This document shows, in pieces, positions 1 through 9,425 of a DNA stretch of 64,000 nt. The stretch comes from Candidatus Bathyarchaeia archaeon (lineage in GTDB: Bacteria; Patescibacteriota; Microgenomatia; PFEM01; JAFGMK01), in assembly GCA_035529595.1 (NCBI GenBank), contig DATKWK010000017.1:186961-250960 (forward strand). Reading direction: 5' to 3'. The stretch's first letter is position 1; the number at the start of each line of letters is the position of its first letter. Position numbers and translations under genes: made by a program. The notes under the pieces were generated by a model, which was not told the origin of the DNA, searched no databases, and worked only from the letters and a program-made list of their open reading frames with translations.

Positions 1-1092
1 ACCCAGGGAAAAGACAGTAATCCGCTTCATTTGACCATGAAATTAACACGGGCTAAGCTTGAAGAATTAGTTGATGATCTGATTCAAAAGACAATTAAGC
101 CGGTTGAGGCTTGTTTAAAGGACGCCAAACTTAAGACTACTGATATTAATGAGGTAGTTCTGGTTGGTGGACAAACCCGAATGCCCAAAGTCCAGCAAGT
201 GGTTAAAGATTTTTTTGGCAAGGAGCCTAATAAAAGTGTTAATCCGGATGAGGTGGTCGGTGTCGGGGCGGCAATTCAGGGTGGGGTTCTGGGAGGTGAG
301 GTTTCGGATATCTTGCTTTTGGATGTCACCCCCTTAACTTTAGGAGTTGAAACCTTAGGTGGGGTAAGAACTCTCTTAATTGAGCGCAATACTACCGTTC
401 CCACGTCGAAGTCGCAAATTTTTTCGACTGCGGCTGATAATCAGAACCAAGTTGAGATTAATGTTTTGCAGGGCGAACGGCCAATGGCAGTTGACGATAA
501 GTCTTTAGGCCGGTTTGTTCTTGACGGAATTCCACCGGCGCCGCGAGGTATTCCTCAAATTGAGGTAACCTTCGATATCGATAGTAATGGCATATTAAAT
601 GTTTCTGCTAAAGATAAGGCAACCGGAAAGGAACAAAAAATTACGATTAAAAATGCAACTCAGTTGGGCGAGGAAGAAATTGACAAAATGAAAAGGGAGG
701 CTGATAAGTATGCCGAAGAGGATAAAGCCAAAAAAGAGATGGTTGATGTCCGTAACCAAGCCGATGCCTTGGTCTTTTCGGCTGAGAAAACCTTGAAGGA
801 TGCTGGCGATAAAGTTAAAAAAGAAGACAAAGAGAAAGTAGAAATAGAGATTAAAAAGGTAAAAGAAGTTCTCGGGAAAACCGATTCCAAGAAAGAAGAG
901 ATTGAAGCAGCAAGCAGCAAGCTTTCCGAAGAATTGCAGAAAGTGGGCGCCGCTATGTATGCCAGTCAGCAGCAAGCTGCCGCTACCCCACCTTCAGGTG
1001 AGGAGAAAAAGGGAGAGAATAAAAAAGAAGACAAGAAAGAGGAGAAATCTAAAGATAAAGATAAGGCAGAAGAGGGAGAGGTGGTCGAGTAA
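1..1092 (+). CDS. dnaK: Molecular chaperone DnaK (Hsp70), C-terminal ~360 aa; the 5' end lies outside the window
   Basis: The reading frame is open from nt 1. The substrate-binding and lid region is recognisable ([29 protein letters not shown]), followed by a KE-rich acidic tail. dnaJ follows. Confidence 0.9.
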   Translation, partial: TQGKDSNPLHLTMKLTRAKLEELVDDLIQKTIKPVEACLKDAKLKTTDINEVVLVGGQTRMPKVQQVVKDFFGKEPNKSVNPDEVVGVGAAIQGGVLGGEVSDILLLDVTPLTLGVETLGGVRTLLIERNTTVPTSKSQIFSTAADNQNQVEINVLQGERPMAVDDKSLGRFVLDGIPPAPRGIPQIEVTFDIDSNGILNVSAKDKATGKEQKITIKNATQLGEEEIDKMKREADKYAEEDKAKKEMVDVRNQADALVFSAEKTLKDAGDKVKKEDKEKVEIEIKKVKEVLGKTDSKKEEIEAASSKLSEELQKVGAAMYASQQQAAATPPSGEEKKGENKKEDKKEEKSKDKDKAEEGEVVE

Positions 1093-1120
1093 CCGACTAT
1101 TAGTTGTCAGTTTAATTAGT

Positions 1121-1149
1121 CAGCCCGTTTTCTTACGGGCTGATTTAGT
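1121..1149 (+). terminator. Hairpin after the dnaK stop codon (8-9 bp stem, cagcccgt/acgggctg) with a weak T tract
   Basis: The inverted repeat is seen directly in the sequence, 25 nt after the stop. The downstream U-tract is weak (ATTTAGT). Confidence 0.3.
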
Positions 1150-1221
1150 CTCGAAGAAGAAGATCAAGCAGCCGACAGTGTCAAAAAATGTTAGAATATC
1201 TCAATATTTTATTTTATCATC

Positions 1222-2088
1222 ATGGCTACCAAAAGGGATTATTACGATGTCTTAGGGGTGAGTAAAGGCGTTACCGTCAATGAAATCAAAAAAGCTTACC
1301 GGAGTTTAGCCCTAAAGTGGCATCCGGACCGGAATAAATCGTCTGAGGCAGAGGAAAAGTTTAAGGAGATTAATGAAGCCTACGAGGTCTTGTCAGATCC
1401 TAAGAAGAAAGAAACTTACGACCAGTTTGGCCATGCCGCCTTTTCGCCCGGAGGGGGTTTTGCCGAGCAATGGCCCGGTGGAGCTACGGCCAGGACTTAT
1501 CGGAGTGGACCATTTTCCTATACTTATTCAACCGGAGGGTCGGGCTTTGAAGATTTATTCGGCGGCTTTTCCGATCCGTTTGAAATTTTTGAGTCTTTTT
1601 TCGGCGGAGCTTCACCTTTTGGCAGGAGACAAAGGATTCCCCGTTATGGTTTGACTTTATCTTTTATGGAAGCCGCCCAAGGTTGCGAAAAAGAGGTGGT
1701 TATTGAAGGAGAAAGGCGAAAGATTAAGATTCCTCCAGGCGTCGATGATGGTACCCGAATCCGTTTTGGCGATTTTTATATTTCGGTTGATGTCCAACCG
1801 GATGAAACCTTTAAAAGAGACGGAAATGACATTTTAATCGATCAGGAGATCTCCTTATCGACGGCGGTTCTGGGTGGTACAATCGACATACCAACTATTG
1901 ACGGTTCGGTGAAAATAAAAGTCCGTCCCGGTACCCAATCAGGGACAATGGTCCGCTTGCGCAACCGCGGTATTCCTTATCTCCGCAGCCGGGCCCGAGG
2001 CGATCAATACGCGCGTCTGGTGGTAAAGATTCCTGAGAAACTTTCCCGCAGGCAAAGAGAATTGATTGAAGAATTTGAAAGAAGTTAA
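1222..2088 (+). CDS. dnaJ: DnaJ-class co-chaperone, type II / CbpA-like (J domain, G/F-rich linker, C-terminal substrate domains; no CxxCxGxG zinc finger)
   Basis: J domain with HPD motif (DYYDVLGV...[17 protein letters not shown]). A Gly/Phe-rich region follows. No Cys-rich zinc-finger repeats are present. Confidence 0.8.
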   Translation: MATKRDYYDVLGVSKGVTVNEIKKAYRSLALKWHPDRNKSSEAEEKFKEINEAYEVLSDPKKKETYDQFGHAAFSPGGGFAEQWPGGATARTYRSGPFSYTYSTGGSGFEDLFGGFSDPFEIFESFFGGASPFGRRQRIPRYGLTLSFMEAAQGCEKEVVIEGERRKIKIPPGVDDGTRIRFGDFYISVDVQPDETFKRDGNDILIDQEISLSTAVLGGTIDIPTIDGSVKIKVRPGTQSGTMVRLRNRGIPYLRSRARGDQYARLVVKIPEKLSRRQRELIEEFERS

Positions 2089-2147
2089 CTTTATTCCTTT
2101 GCTGGCAGATATCAAATAGATTTAGTATCAGGTATCAATAATTTCGT

Positions 2148-3359
2148 ATGGGCAGGACAGGAAGGGAAATCGAATTTGGATATTTTCGTCCCGGTGGTTT
2201 AGAAGCCACAGTTGAACAGGTAACCATAAATAATGGGCAGACAGTCGGGATTTTTAGAGAGCTTAAAATTGATTTCTTAAGATCTCTCCATCAAGGTAGA
2301 GACAAAATTGAATTGTGGCCGAAAAATGGGATAAGGCGCGATGAAGTTATTCAGCCTCCGTTCTCGACCGGTTTAGGGATAGATGCCTTCGCCAGCGACG
2401 GAGAGATCTTCTTAACGCTTCCAGATGGTGAGAGGTTTATAATAGATAAACGACCGGATGCCAGAGATGGAGGGTTTCCCAGGCGTCTTTCTGAGGGATT
2501 AAGGTCGGCTCTTCTTCTGATGGAAGATGATTTTGCTGATTCAAGAAGAACATTGAACGAAAGAAAATATCAGGCGATCGGCAAGAAAGTTTTAAATCGC
2601 CAATTTGGGTTTAACTCTATTGAGGCTGAATATTGGGCAAGAAAACTGCTTGAGATGGATCCTTCGTTTGACCGAATTTTCCCCCACTGGGTCTCCGTTT
2701 CTATTTTGGCAGCGGCAAAATTTGCTGGTAATTATCGATTCTCCAGGCCTAAATTTGCTACGATCGAACCGGCACCAATAACTCTTCGGGAATTCGGTTT
2801 GGATAAAGCCGGCCTTTTAAGGTTTAGGCAAAAGACGCCACCGGTACTAACCGGAACTGCGGCTATTTTTTTAGGCAATTTCGGCTCTGTCTTATATCCG
2901 TCTGATAGACCTGAGTATCTGATGCTAAGGCGTAATCATGGGAGAATGCTTGGAAATAAATACGTTTTTCCGGGAGGTAGGACTGATAATCTTCTCGAGA
3001 TTACGGCTTGGCAAGAATTAAGGGAAGAAATGCCTTTTTTAATCGATACTGATGACTGTGAAAAGTTTAGGATAGAAATTCTTGGAGTTGATTTTTTAGC
3101 GGTAGTTGACCAAACGTTAATCAACCAGGAAGGTCAATTAAGGAGGTCGTTGGATTATACTTTTGCCTTTTGGGTTAGTAATTCTAATGAAACTGCATTA
3201 AGAGGAATAGCTGGTGATGACCAGGGTGAATGGTTACCGGTAAAACTTGATCCAGATTCTGTAACCGTCAGTGATTCGGTAATAAAAAAGAATCTGTCTC
3301 CGATTGCCGCTATTGCCCTGAGGGCAGCCACAAAAATCCAGAACCCCAGGACTTTTTAG
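2148..3359 (+). CDS. Hypothetical protein with a C-terminal degenerate Nudix-like box
   Basis: The motif KYVFPGGRTDNLLEITAWQELREEMPF resembles the Nudix signature WxFPGG...RE...EE with altered spacing and loss of the second EE. The N-terminal ~280 aa are unrecognised. Confidence 0.35.
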   Translation: MGRTGREIEFGYFRPGGLEATVEQVTINNGQTVGIFRELKIDFLRSLHQGRDKIELWPKNGIRRDEVIQPPFSTGLGIDAFASDGEIFLTLPDGERFIIDKRPDARDGGFPRRLSEGLRSALLLMEDDFADSRRTLNERKYQAIGKKVLNRQFGFNSIEAEYWARKLLEMDPSFDRIFPHWVSVSILAAAKFAGNYRFSRPKFATIEPAPITLREFGLDKAGLLRFRQKTPPVLTGTAAIFLGNFGSVLYPSDRPEYLMLRRNHGRMLGNKYVFPGGRTDNLLEITAWQELREEMPFLIDTDDCEKFRIEILGVDFLAVVDQTLINQEGQLRRSLDYTFAFWVSNSNETALRGIAGDDQGEWLPVKLDPDSVTVSDSVIKKNLSPIAAIALRAATKIQNPRTF

Positions 3360-3477
3360 TCATCTAAATTGATATAACCTATCTAGGAGATTAAAAATAT
3401 CGAACATGCAGTGAATGCTATTCTAAGGCCGGATTTTCTCCAGTATCAATTTCGCGGGAGGAATTAGTTCTTATTAT

Positions 3478-4104
3478 TTACTTACCTAATTGAAAAGAAT
3501 AGAGGAGTTCTTTACAAGTTCCGTACTCTCCAGTCCTGAAAACGCCGATTCTATCGAAACAGATGATCTTTCTGGAAAACTTAATATTCTTTTTCAAGGT
3601 CGTTGCTTTTTCGGGATCTGAAAATCGAGTTATAGTTAAGTGAGGATGGTAAAGATTTAGTACGTCCGGATAACCGAAATTTCTGATATTTTCACTTTGT
3701 TTTCGATCTAGACTATTGATATATCTCTTATCTTGATACTTATCTCTGAGATGATTTTCTCTTAACGGATTCATTTTTTCGACTGTCTCCCTGTGAATTT
3801 TTTCTACCGGAGTAGTCTTTTTAAGTTCGAACCAGATGTATCCGTCGTTTGACCGAACTTCGGTAAACTTTGAGATAACTTTTTTACTATTCCCTGTTAT
3901 TTTTTTGAGGAATCCAATAATTTTTATTAAATTTGTCTTTGGATATTCTGGTGAGTAGATGGTTACGTGAGGATGATAATTTAGACCATCGAGAGTAAAA
4001 TATGTCAACTCTTTTCTTCCTAATTTTTGACTTAAACTGATAGAATAATCAATGGTTTTCTGATCAGGCAAAAAAGCAATATTTAATCTTATGTATTTGA
4101 TCAT
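3478..4104 (-). CDS. 2H phosphoesterase superfamily protein (LigT / 2'-5' RNA ligase / cyclic phosphodiesterase-like)
   Basis: Two H-x-T-x motifs (HPHVTIY and HPHLTIT) are spaced ~90 aa apart. The start is taken at MIKYIRL, whose ATG overlaps the upstream gene's stop codon as ATGA (rc of 4101-4104 tcat). The ORF track extends it to 4155. Confidence 0.55.
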   Translation of the reverse strand: MIKYIRLNIAFLPDQKTIDYSISLSQKLGRKELTYFTLDGLNYHPHVTIYSPEYPKTNLIKIIGFLKKITGNSKKVISKFTEVRSNDGYIWFELKKTTPVEKIHRETVEKMNPLRENHLRDKYQDKRYINSLDRKQSENIRNFGYPDVLNLYHPHLTITRFSDPEKATTLKKNIKFSRKIICFDRIGVFRTGEYGTCKELLYSFQLGK

Positions 4105-5123
4105 CTTTCTTTCTTTATTTTTAACCTGATTTTTACCCATCTCCAACTTATCCACAAAGATGCGGCTATTGCTATTAAACTGGCCCAGAAACCAAACGTT
4201 GCCCCTTTTAGAACATATTTTGATGCGCCATAGACAAATAAAATATGAAAACAGTAAATTGCTAATGTCTCTTGGCCAAGAAGACTTGCCTGCCTGATTA
4301 AATCGATCTTTCTCAATTGGTTTTCAACGATTATTAACTGGGATAAAATAGCGATGATCAGAAAGGTATTAAAGATAACCAGGGCTACTGACGGTTGCCA
4401 GAAGCCGGCGATTAAATATCTCGAATCAAAAATAATGTAGGGATTAAAATTGACTGCTGAAAGAAAAACAAAAACGCCGGCTAGCGACACTAAGAAAAGG
4501 TTTTTGAAATTCTTTACTGCTTTATCTTTGTCTAGCCATATTAAATAGGCATCGCCGATCAAGATTCCGCTTAAGAAATAGGAGATGCTTGGTAAAAGGG
4601 GGAAATTGTAAACATTCAAAAAGGGAACTACGATTCCTTTCAGCCTGAGGGCAAGATCAATCATTAAAGTAAGGTAGTTTAAGAAAATAAGTATAATAAT
4701 TCGTGTTTTTCGAGAAAAAAGAAACAGTATTGAACCAGCAATCAAACCAGTACCGATCAACTGGAGGATACCTGAAGTGGCAATAGTATTTATCTTAGCC
4801 AAATTATATTCATAAAAAAACAAGAGATAGCTAAGGAAAATTAACCAAATGCCTTTTTTAAACTTTTTCCACAACCAATCGGTTTTTCCCCTGTGAGTAT
4901 GCTTATTAAAAGAAAGAGCGAGACAGAAACCCGATAAAAATAAAAAAATTGCCGAAGAAAGTGCGGTTAGGTTAATTATGTCTACCGCCAGTCTAGTAAA
5001 AACCGCGCCCATAAAGACGTGAGTATCGAAATTATAAAAAAGTTTAAGTCCGTGATCCCAAAACATCAGAATAATCGCCCAGAATCGCAAAAAGTCAATC
5101 GATAATAGTCTTTTTTTAGCCAT
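4101..5123 (-). CDS. Integral membrane acyltransferase-like protein (DUF1624 / HGSNAT-like family)
   Basis: The N-terminal motif RLLSIDFLRFWAIILMFWDHG matches the RxxSxDxxRGxxIxxMxxxH signature. About 10 predicted TM segments. Translationally coupled (ATGA) to the 2H phosphoesterase gene. Confidence 0.5.
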   Translation of the reverse strand: MAKKRLLSIDFLRFWAIILMFWDHGLKLFYNFDTHVFMGAVFTRLAVDIINLTALSSAIFLFLSGFCLALSFNKHTHRGKTDWLWKKFKKGIWLIFLSYLLFFYEYNLAKINTIATSGILQLIGTGLIAGSILFLFSRKTRIIILIFLNYLTLMIDLALRLKGIVVPFLNVYNFPLLPSISYFLSGILIGDAYLIWLDKDKAVKNFKNLFLVSLAGVFVFLSAVNFNPYIIFDSRYLIAGFWQPSVALVIFNTFLIIAILSQLIIVENQLRKIDLIRQASLLGQETLAIYCFHILFVYGASKYVLKGATFGFWASLIAIAASLWISWRWVKIRLKIKKER

Positions 5124-5219
5124 TTATTTATCAAGTTTATCATGTTTGACGTAGTCTATGTTCTAATTGACGCCTATAAGAGAAGGTGGTAGAATTAGAT
5201 AAACTTGGGAAGAGTCTTA

Positions 5220-5244
5220 AAGGTGGGAGAACCCACCTTATTTT
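5220..5244 (+). promoter_or_regulatory. Strong hairpin (8 bp stem aaggtggg/cccacctt, loop agaa) followed by ATTTT in the divergent promoter / 5' region of nusA
   Basis: A perfect inverted repeat is seen directly, oriented like an intrinsic terminator on the + strand ~80 nt upstream of the nusA ATG. A TATAAT hexamer lies at 5273-5278. Confidence 0.3.
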
Positions 5245-5324
5245 GTAAGGGACTGCTTAGGGCATAAAGAGTATAATAAGTAAAGACTGGATCGATTACT
5301 ATATACTAATCAGGAGTATCAAGA

Positions 5325-6509
5325 ATGGCGATTTTAAAAGCCCGAACCGAATTTGCGCTAGCTTTAAATCAAGTCTGCCACGAGCGGGGGATCGAGCCTG
5401 AAGTAGTAATTAAAACTATCGAAGAAGCGGTTTTGGCCGCCTTCAGAAAAGATTTCGGCCTGGAAGAAGGAAAGGAATACCGGGTTGAGATTGATGCAGA
5501 TACCGGAGAAACAAAAATTTTTTCCTGGCCTGAAGCTAAAGATAAAGAAAAAAAAGAAATCACTCCGCCAGGTTTTGGTCGGATCGCGGCTCAGGTAGCA
5601 AAACAAGTCATTTTACAGAAGATACGCGAAGCCGAAAAAAACGCGATTCTTGGTGAATATGAAAAAAGAATTGGAACGTTGGCCAATGGTATGGTTCTGC
5701 GCTTCGACGGTATTAACATTATAGTCGAAATTGGTAAAACGGAGGCGGTAATGCCGCCTGAAGAACAAGTTAGGGGAATTCGCTACCGGCTTAATCAACG
5801 ATTAACTCTTTTTATCAAGGAAATAAGAGAAACTGCCAAGGGTAAGAGAGTCGTTGTTTCCCGAGCCGATAAGGGTTTGATCGAAGGGCTTTTTCGGCGC
5901 GAAGTACCTGAGGTAGCTTCTGGTGCGGTTGAAATAAAGGCAATTGCGCGCGAGCCAGGCGGAAGGAGTAAAGTAGCGGTAGTTTCAACCCAAGCAGGAG
6001 TTGATCCCGTTGGCTCCTGCGTTGGTCAAAAAGGCGTTCGCGTGCAGGCGGTCATTAATGAACTTAATGGGGAGAAAATCGACATTATTCCTTTCAGCGA
6101 CGATATCGGGAAATTTATTGCTGCCGCTCTATCTCCGGCAGAGAATGTAAAAATGGAAGTCGACGGGAAGAAAAAGGAAGCTAGGGCTAGCGTGTCCGAC
6201 GACCAGCTTTCACTAGCGATTGGGAAAGAAGGGCAAAACGTACGGTTAGCGGCCAAATTAACCGGCTATAAAATCGATATTAAAGGAGCAAAAAAGTTAA
6301 ACACCCAAGAAGAGAAAGTCAAAGAGAAGATTACTTCTGAAATTCAGGATCTGGGTTTGCCTAAGAGGATCATTACGTCTCTTATAGTGGCAGGCATAAC
6401 TACGATTAACGACCTAAAGAAGAAATCTAGAAAACAGTTGAGTCAGATCAAAGGGATTGGTCCTAAAGCTCTGGGCGAAATAAAGAAAGCCTTAGAGGCT
6501 AAAAAATAA
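5325..6509 (+). CDS. nusA: Transcription termination/antitermination factor NusA
   Basis: NusA N-terminal domain, S1 domain and two KH domains, ending in an HhH-like tail. Located in a conserved nusA-infB neighbourhood. Confidence 0.9.
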   Translation: MAILKARTEFALALNQVCHERGIEPEVVIKTIEEAVLAAFRKDFGLEEGKEYRVEIDADTGETKIFSWPEAKDKEKKEITPPGFGRIAAQVAKQVILQKIREAEKNAILGEYEKRIGTLANGMVLRFDGINIIVEIGKTEAVMPPEEQVRGIRYRLNQRLTLFIKEIRETAKGKRVVVSRADKGLIEGLFRREVPEVASGAVEIKAIAREPGGRSKVAVVSTQAGVDPVGSCVGQKGVRVQAVINELNGEKIDIIPFSDDIGKFIAAALSPAENVKMEVDGKKKEARASVSDDQLSLAIGKEGQNVRLAAKLTGYKIDIKGAKKLNTQEEKVKEKITSEIQDLGLPKRIITSLIVAGITTINDLKKKSRKQLSQIKGIGPKALGEIKKALEAKK

Positions 6510-6591
6510 TCAAGTTTAGATTTTTTAAAACTGTAACTTAAAAATTGTTTCTTGTCCGTGTTTTCAAAAAAAACTTACCAAAAAACTTTTT

Positions 6592-8055
6592 ATGGTAAAA
6601 ACGAAAGCAAAAATAAAATTTACTTCTCGTCCTCCGGTTGTGAGTATTCTCGGGCATATTGACCATGGCAAGACTACACTTCTTGACAATATCCGAAAAT
6701 CTAAGCTAGCCTCTGCTGAAGCAGGAGGGATTACTCAGGATATTGGTGCTTATCAGATCGAGTACAAAGGAAGAAAAATTACCTTCATTGATACCCCTGG
6801 CCATGCGGCTTTTGCAAAGATGAGAGCCCGCGGGGCTGAGGTAACTGATCTGGCAATTTTAGTAATCGCTGCTGATGAGGGTGTTAAACCACAAACACGT
6901 GAGTCTTTGAAGTTCATCCAACAGGCTCAAATACCTTTTATTGTTGCTGCCAATAAAATTGACCTTCCTGCGAGTAGTATCGAGAAAGTCAGCCAGGATT
7001 TGGCTAAAGAAGGCATTTTAGTTGAAAAAAAAGGAGGGGAGGTAGTTTTGGTCCCAGTTTCTGCTAAGACGGGAGAGGGAGTGGAGGATCTTTTGGAAAT
7101 GATTTTACTGATTACCGATATGCAGGATATTAAAAGTGACCCTGAGGCACAGTTTAAAGGGATAATAATTGAATCAAAATTGGAACGTTTGCGAGGGCCC
7201 CTGGCGACAATTCTTGTTAAGGAAGGGACTCTTTCCATAACTGACTTTATTTGGACCGAAGGAGCCTGCGCAAAAGTAAAAGCAATGTATGACGAAACTG
7301 GCCAGCGAGTGACTAAGGCTTTTCCCAGTAAGCCAGTTTCGGTTTTAGGTTTTGATTCAGTTCCGCCTGTCGGAGCAACGGTAATTCGCGTCGCCGGAAA
7401 AATCAAATCACCGCAGTTGCCTAGGCAAAAGATAGCACAATCTACAGAAAAAACTGAGGAAGAAGAGCATAAAAAAGTAAAGCTGGTTTTAAAGGCAGAT
7501 ACCCAAGGTACCCTTGAGGCGATTAGGATGAACCTTTCTTCGGAAGTTGAATTGATTCATCAAGGGGTCGGTGATATTAATGAAGGTGATATCTTTCTTA
7601 CCCAAACTGCTGGCGCTTCTTTAGTCGGTTTCAGTGTCCGTATTCCTCCAAGGATAAAAAAATTGGCTAGCGTAGAGAAAGTACCGATTAAAATATACAA
7701 AATTATTTATGAACTTTTAAAAGACATCGACAGGAAGGTACTTAAGATTTTGGAACCTACCATTGATGAAGAAATTTTGGGAGAAGCAGAAGTCATCAAA
7801 GAATTTTTGATTAATGACAAAAAGATTGCCGGTTGCCGCGTTTTAAAAGGCCGAATTGTTCGGGGTGATCAGTTGCATTTAAGACGGAACGAGAAGATTT
7901 TGGATGGTTGTCGTGTTAATTCTCTTCATAAAGGAAAGTCAGAAGTTGAGAAAGCTGTTGCCAATGATGTTTTTGGTATGGGATTTTCACCCCAGCTTGA
8001 CTTTACCGTCGGCGATGTGCTAGTATCATTCCGCAAGCTGCCCCAGAAAGAATGA
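6592..8055 (+). CDS. infB: Translation initiation factor IF-2 (short form lacking the N-terminal extension)
   Basis: G domain begins at residue ~15 ([23 protein letters not shown]), followed by the beta-barrel and C-terminal domains. Confidence 0.9.
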   Translation: MVKTKAKIKFTSRPPVVSILGHIDHGKTTLLDNIRKSKLASAEAGGITQDIGAYQIEYKGRKITFIDTPGHAAFAKMRARGAEVTDLAILVIAADEGVKPQTRESLKFIQQAQIPFIVAANKIDLPASSIEKVSQDLAKEGILVEKKGGEVVLVPVSAKTGEGVEDLLEMILLITDMQDIKSDPEAQFKGIIIESKLERLRGPLATILVKEGTLSITDFIWTEGACAKVKAMYDETGQRVTKAFPSKPVSVLGFDSVPPVGATVIRVAGKIKSPQLPRQKIAQSTEKTEEEEHKKVKLVLKADTQGTLEAIRMNLSSEVELIHQGVGDINEGDIFLTQTAGASLVGFSVRIPPRIKKLASVEKVPIKIYKIIYELLKDIDRKVLKILEPTIDEEILGEAEVIKEFLINDKKIAGCRVLKGRIVRGDQLHLRRNEKILDGCRVNSLHKGKSEVEKAVANDVFGMGFSPQLDFTVGDVLVSFRKLPQKE

Positions 8056-9005
8056 ATCGACTACCCGAATTTGATCCTATCATTCAGATCATTTCCCAGG
8101 CAAAAGGTGGAGTAATTTTTCTCCCCGAAAATCCATCTCTTGATCCGACGGCTGCTTCTTTATCTTTATTCTTGTCGCTTGAAAAGTCCGGAAAAAATTT
8201 CGGCTTAGTGTGTTCGACTCCAATGACTGTTGGTTTATCCAAACTGGTGGGGGTTAATAAAATATCTGGTAAAATTGGCGGGAGAAGTTTAGTGATCTCG
8301 TTTGATTATTTGGAGAACGCAATTGATAAGGTCAGTTACAATATTGAAAATAAGAAATTCAACCTAGTAGTTCAGCCGAAGACAGGGTTTCCTCCTCTTT
8401 CAATCCAGAATGTAAACTACTCCTATAGTGGTGATTTAGAGGTGGTTGTTGTTATCGGTAGTGATTCTTTAGATAATTTAGGGCCAATATATCGGCAGGA
8501 GAAGAAAGTGTTTGAGCAAACTCAAATAATTAATATTGATATTAATTCCACTAATACCCGTTTCGGTAAAGTTAATGCTATTTTTTCTGACGCCAGTTCT
8601 TATTCGGAGATTATGGCTGCCTTATTGCAGTCCGCTAACTATCCTGTTGATCAAGATATTGCCAGTAATCTTTTGTTTGGAATCCAGGGAGCTACAGGAA
8701 ATTTTACTGCTGCCAAAACGACCGCTGAAGCTTTCGAAGCAGTTGCCTTTTGCCTCCGTTCGGGAGCGCGCCGGCAAGCCCTCCTGGCTCGCCAAAATGC
8801 CTCTTCTTTTAGAAAGCCTTCGCCGGTTCCGCTTAGTCCAATGACTAAAGACGAATCGGCTGCCCGTCCACCCCAAATCTCTCAGATAACAGATCAGGTT
8901 GCCGGTGCAAATACGGATATGTCCGCCACCGATAAAAAAATGCCGAAAAGTCCTTCAGCTGACTGGTATGGTCCAAAAGTTTTTCGCGGTTCCCAACGCG
9001 TCTGA
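8052..9005 (+). CDS. Hypothetical protein, possibly a diverged or inactive DHH-family (NrnA-like) protein with a low-complexity P/S/A-rich tail
   Basis: Its ATG overlaps the infB stop (ATGA). The N-terminal layout is like NrnA (hydrophobic strand, then a D-x-x-A-A-S-L-S-L segment) but no intact DHH triad is seen. The position between infB and rpsO matches the rbfA/nrnA slot in other bacteria. Confidence 0.3.
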   Translation: MNRLPEFDPIIQIISQAKGGVIFLPENPSLDPTAASLSLFLSLEKSGKNFGLVCSTPMTVGLSKLVGVNKISGKIGGRSLVISFDYLENAIDKVSYNIENKKFNLVVQPKTGFPPLSIQNVNYSYSGDLEVVVVIGSDSLDNLGPIYRQEKKVFEQTQIINIDINSTNTRFGKVNAIFSDASSYSEIMAALLQSANYPVDQDIASNLLFGIQGATGNFTAAKTTAEAFEAVAFCLRSGARRQALLARQNASSFRKPSPVPLSPMTKDESAARPPQISQITDQVAGANTDMSATDKKMPKSPSADWYGPKVFRGSQRV

Positions 9006-9028
9006 CCCTTTTTTAGATTTTTGGCTTC

Positions 9029-9057
9029 TTGTTTTAAGAATTTATTATTGTTATAAT
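9029..9057 (+). promoter_or_regulatory. Candidate sigma70-like promoter for rpsO (TTGTTT - 17 nt - TATAAT)
   Basis: The hexamers are seen directly. The TATAAT sits inside the palindrome ttgttataataacaa. Confidence 0.35.
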
Positions 9058-9122
9058 AACAAATGTTATTGGGTTTGACTGATAATATCGGTTACTTAAT
9101 TAATTTTTCAGTAAAATAGAAG

Positions 9123-9404
9123 ATGGCTCTTGCTACCGATGAGAAACTAAAAATCATTAAACAGTTTGCGACTGTAAAGGGTGACACTGGTTCACCGGAA
9201 GTTCAGGTTGCTCTTTTAACTGCTAAGGTCAAAAAGCTTTCAGGTCATCTAAAGGAACACAAAAAAGACATCCACTCACGCCGGGGATTACTTTCGATGA
9301 TTTCCAAGAGAAGAAGACTTTTAAGCTACCTTCTCAAGGAAGATAAAAAGAGGTCGACTAATCGGTATAAAGATATTATCACTCAATTGGAACTATCCAA
9401 ATAA
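9123..9404 (+). CDS. rpsO: 30S ribosomal protein S15
   Basis: Full-length S15 similarity ([30 protein letters not shown]). Confidence 0.95.
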   Translation: MALATDEKLKIIKQFATVKGDTGSPEVQVALLTAKVKKLSGHLKEHKKDIHSRRGLLSMISKRRRLLSYLLKEDKKRSTNRYKDIITQLELSK

Positions 9405-9425
9405 TTTGTTGTTAGGAGGTAAAAT

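Noticed and set aside
595-975. Many ORF-track entries lie antisense to, or nested inside, strongly supported genes. Examples: 595-975 and 660-920 in dnaK; 6927-7406 in infB; 28584-28793 and 30060-30359 in rpoC; 48264-48782 in fusA; 49260-50114 in tuf; 51178-51514 in the zinc-ribbon gene; 59689-60135 across rpsC/rplP.
   Set aside because: They overlap genes with unambiguous full-length homology. They have low-complexity or skewed composition typical of antisense frames. No independent support.
902-1255. 117-aa + strand ORF spanning the dnaK 3' end and the dnaK-dnaJ spacer
   Set aside because: It is an out-of-frame read-through of the KE-rich dnaK tail plus the terminator hairpin. It has a basic low-complexity composition.
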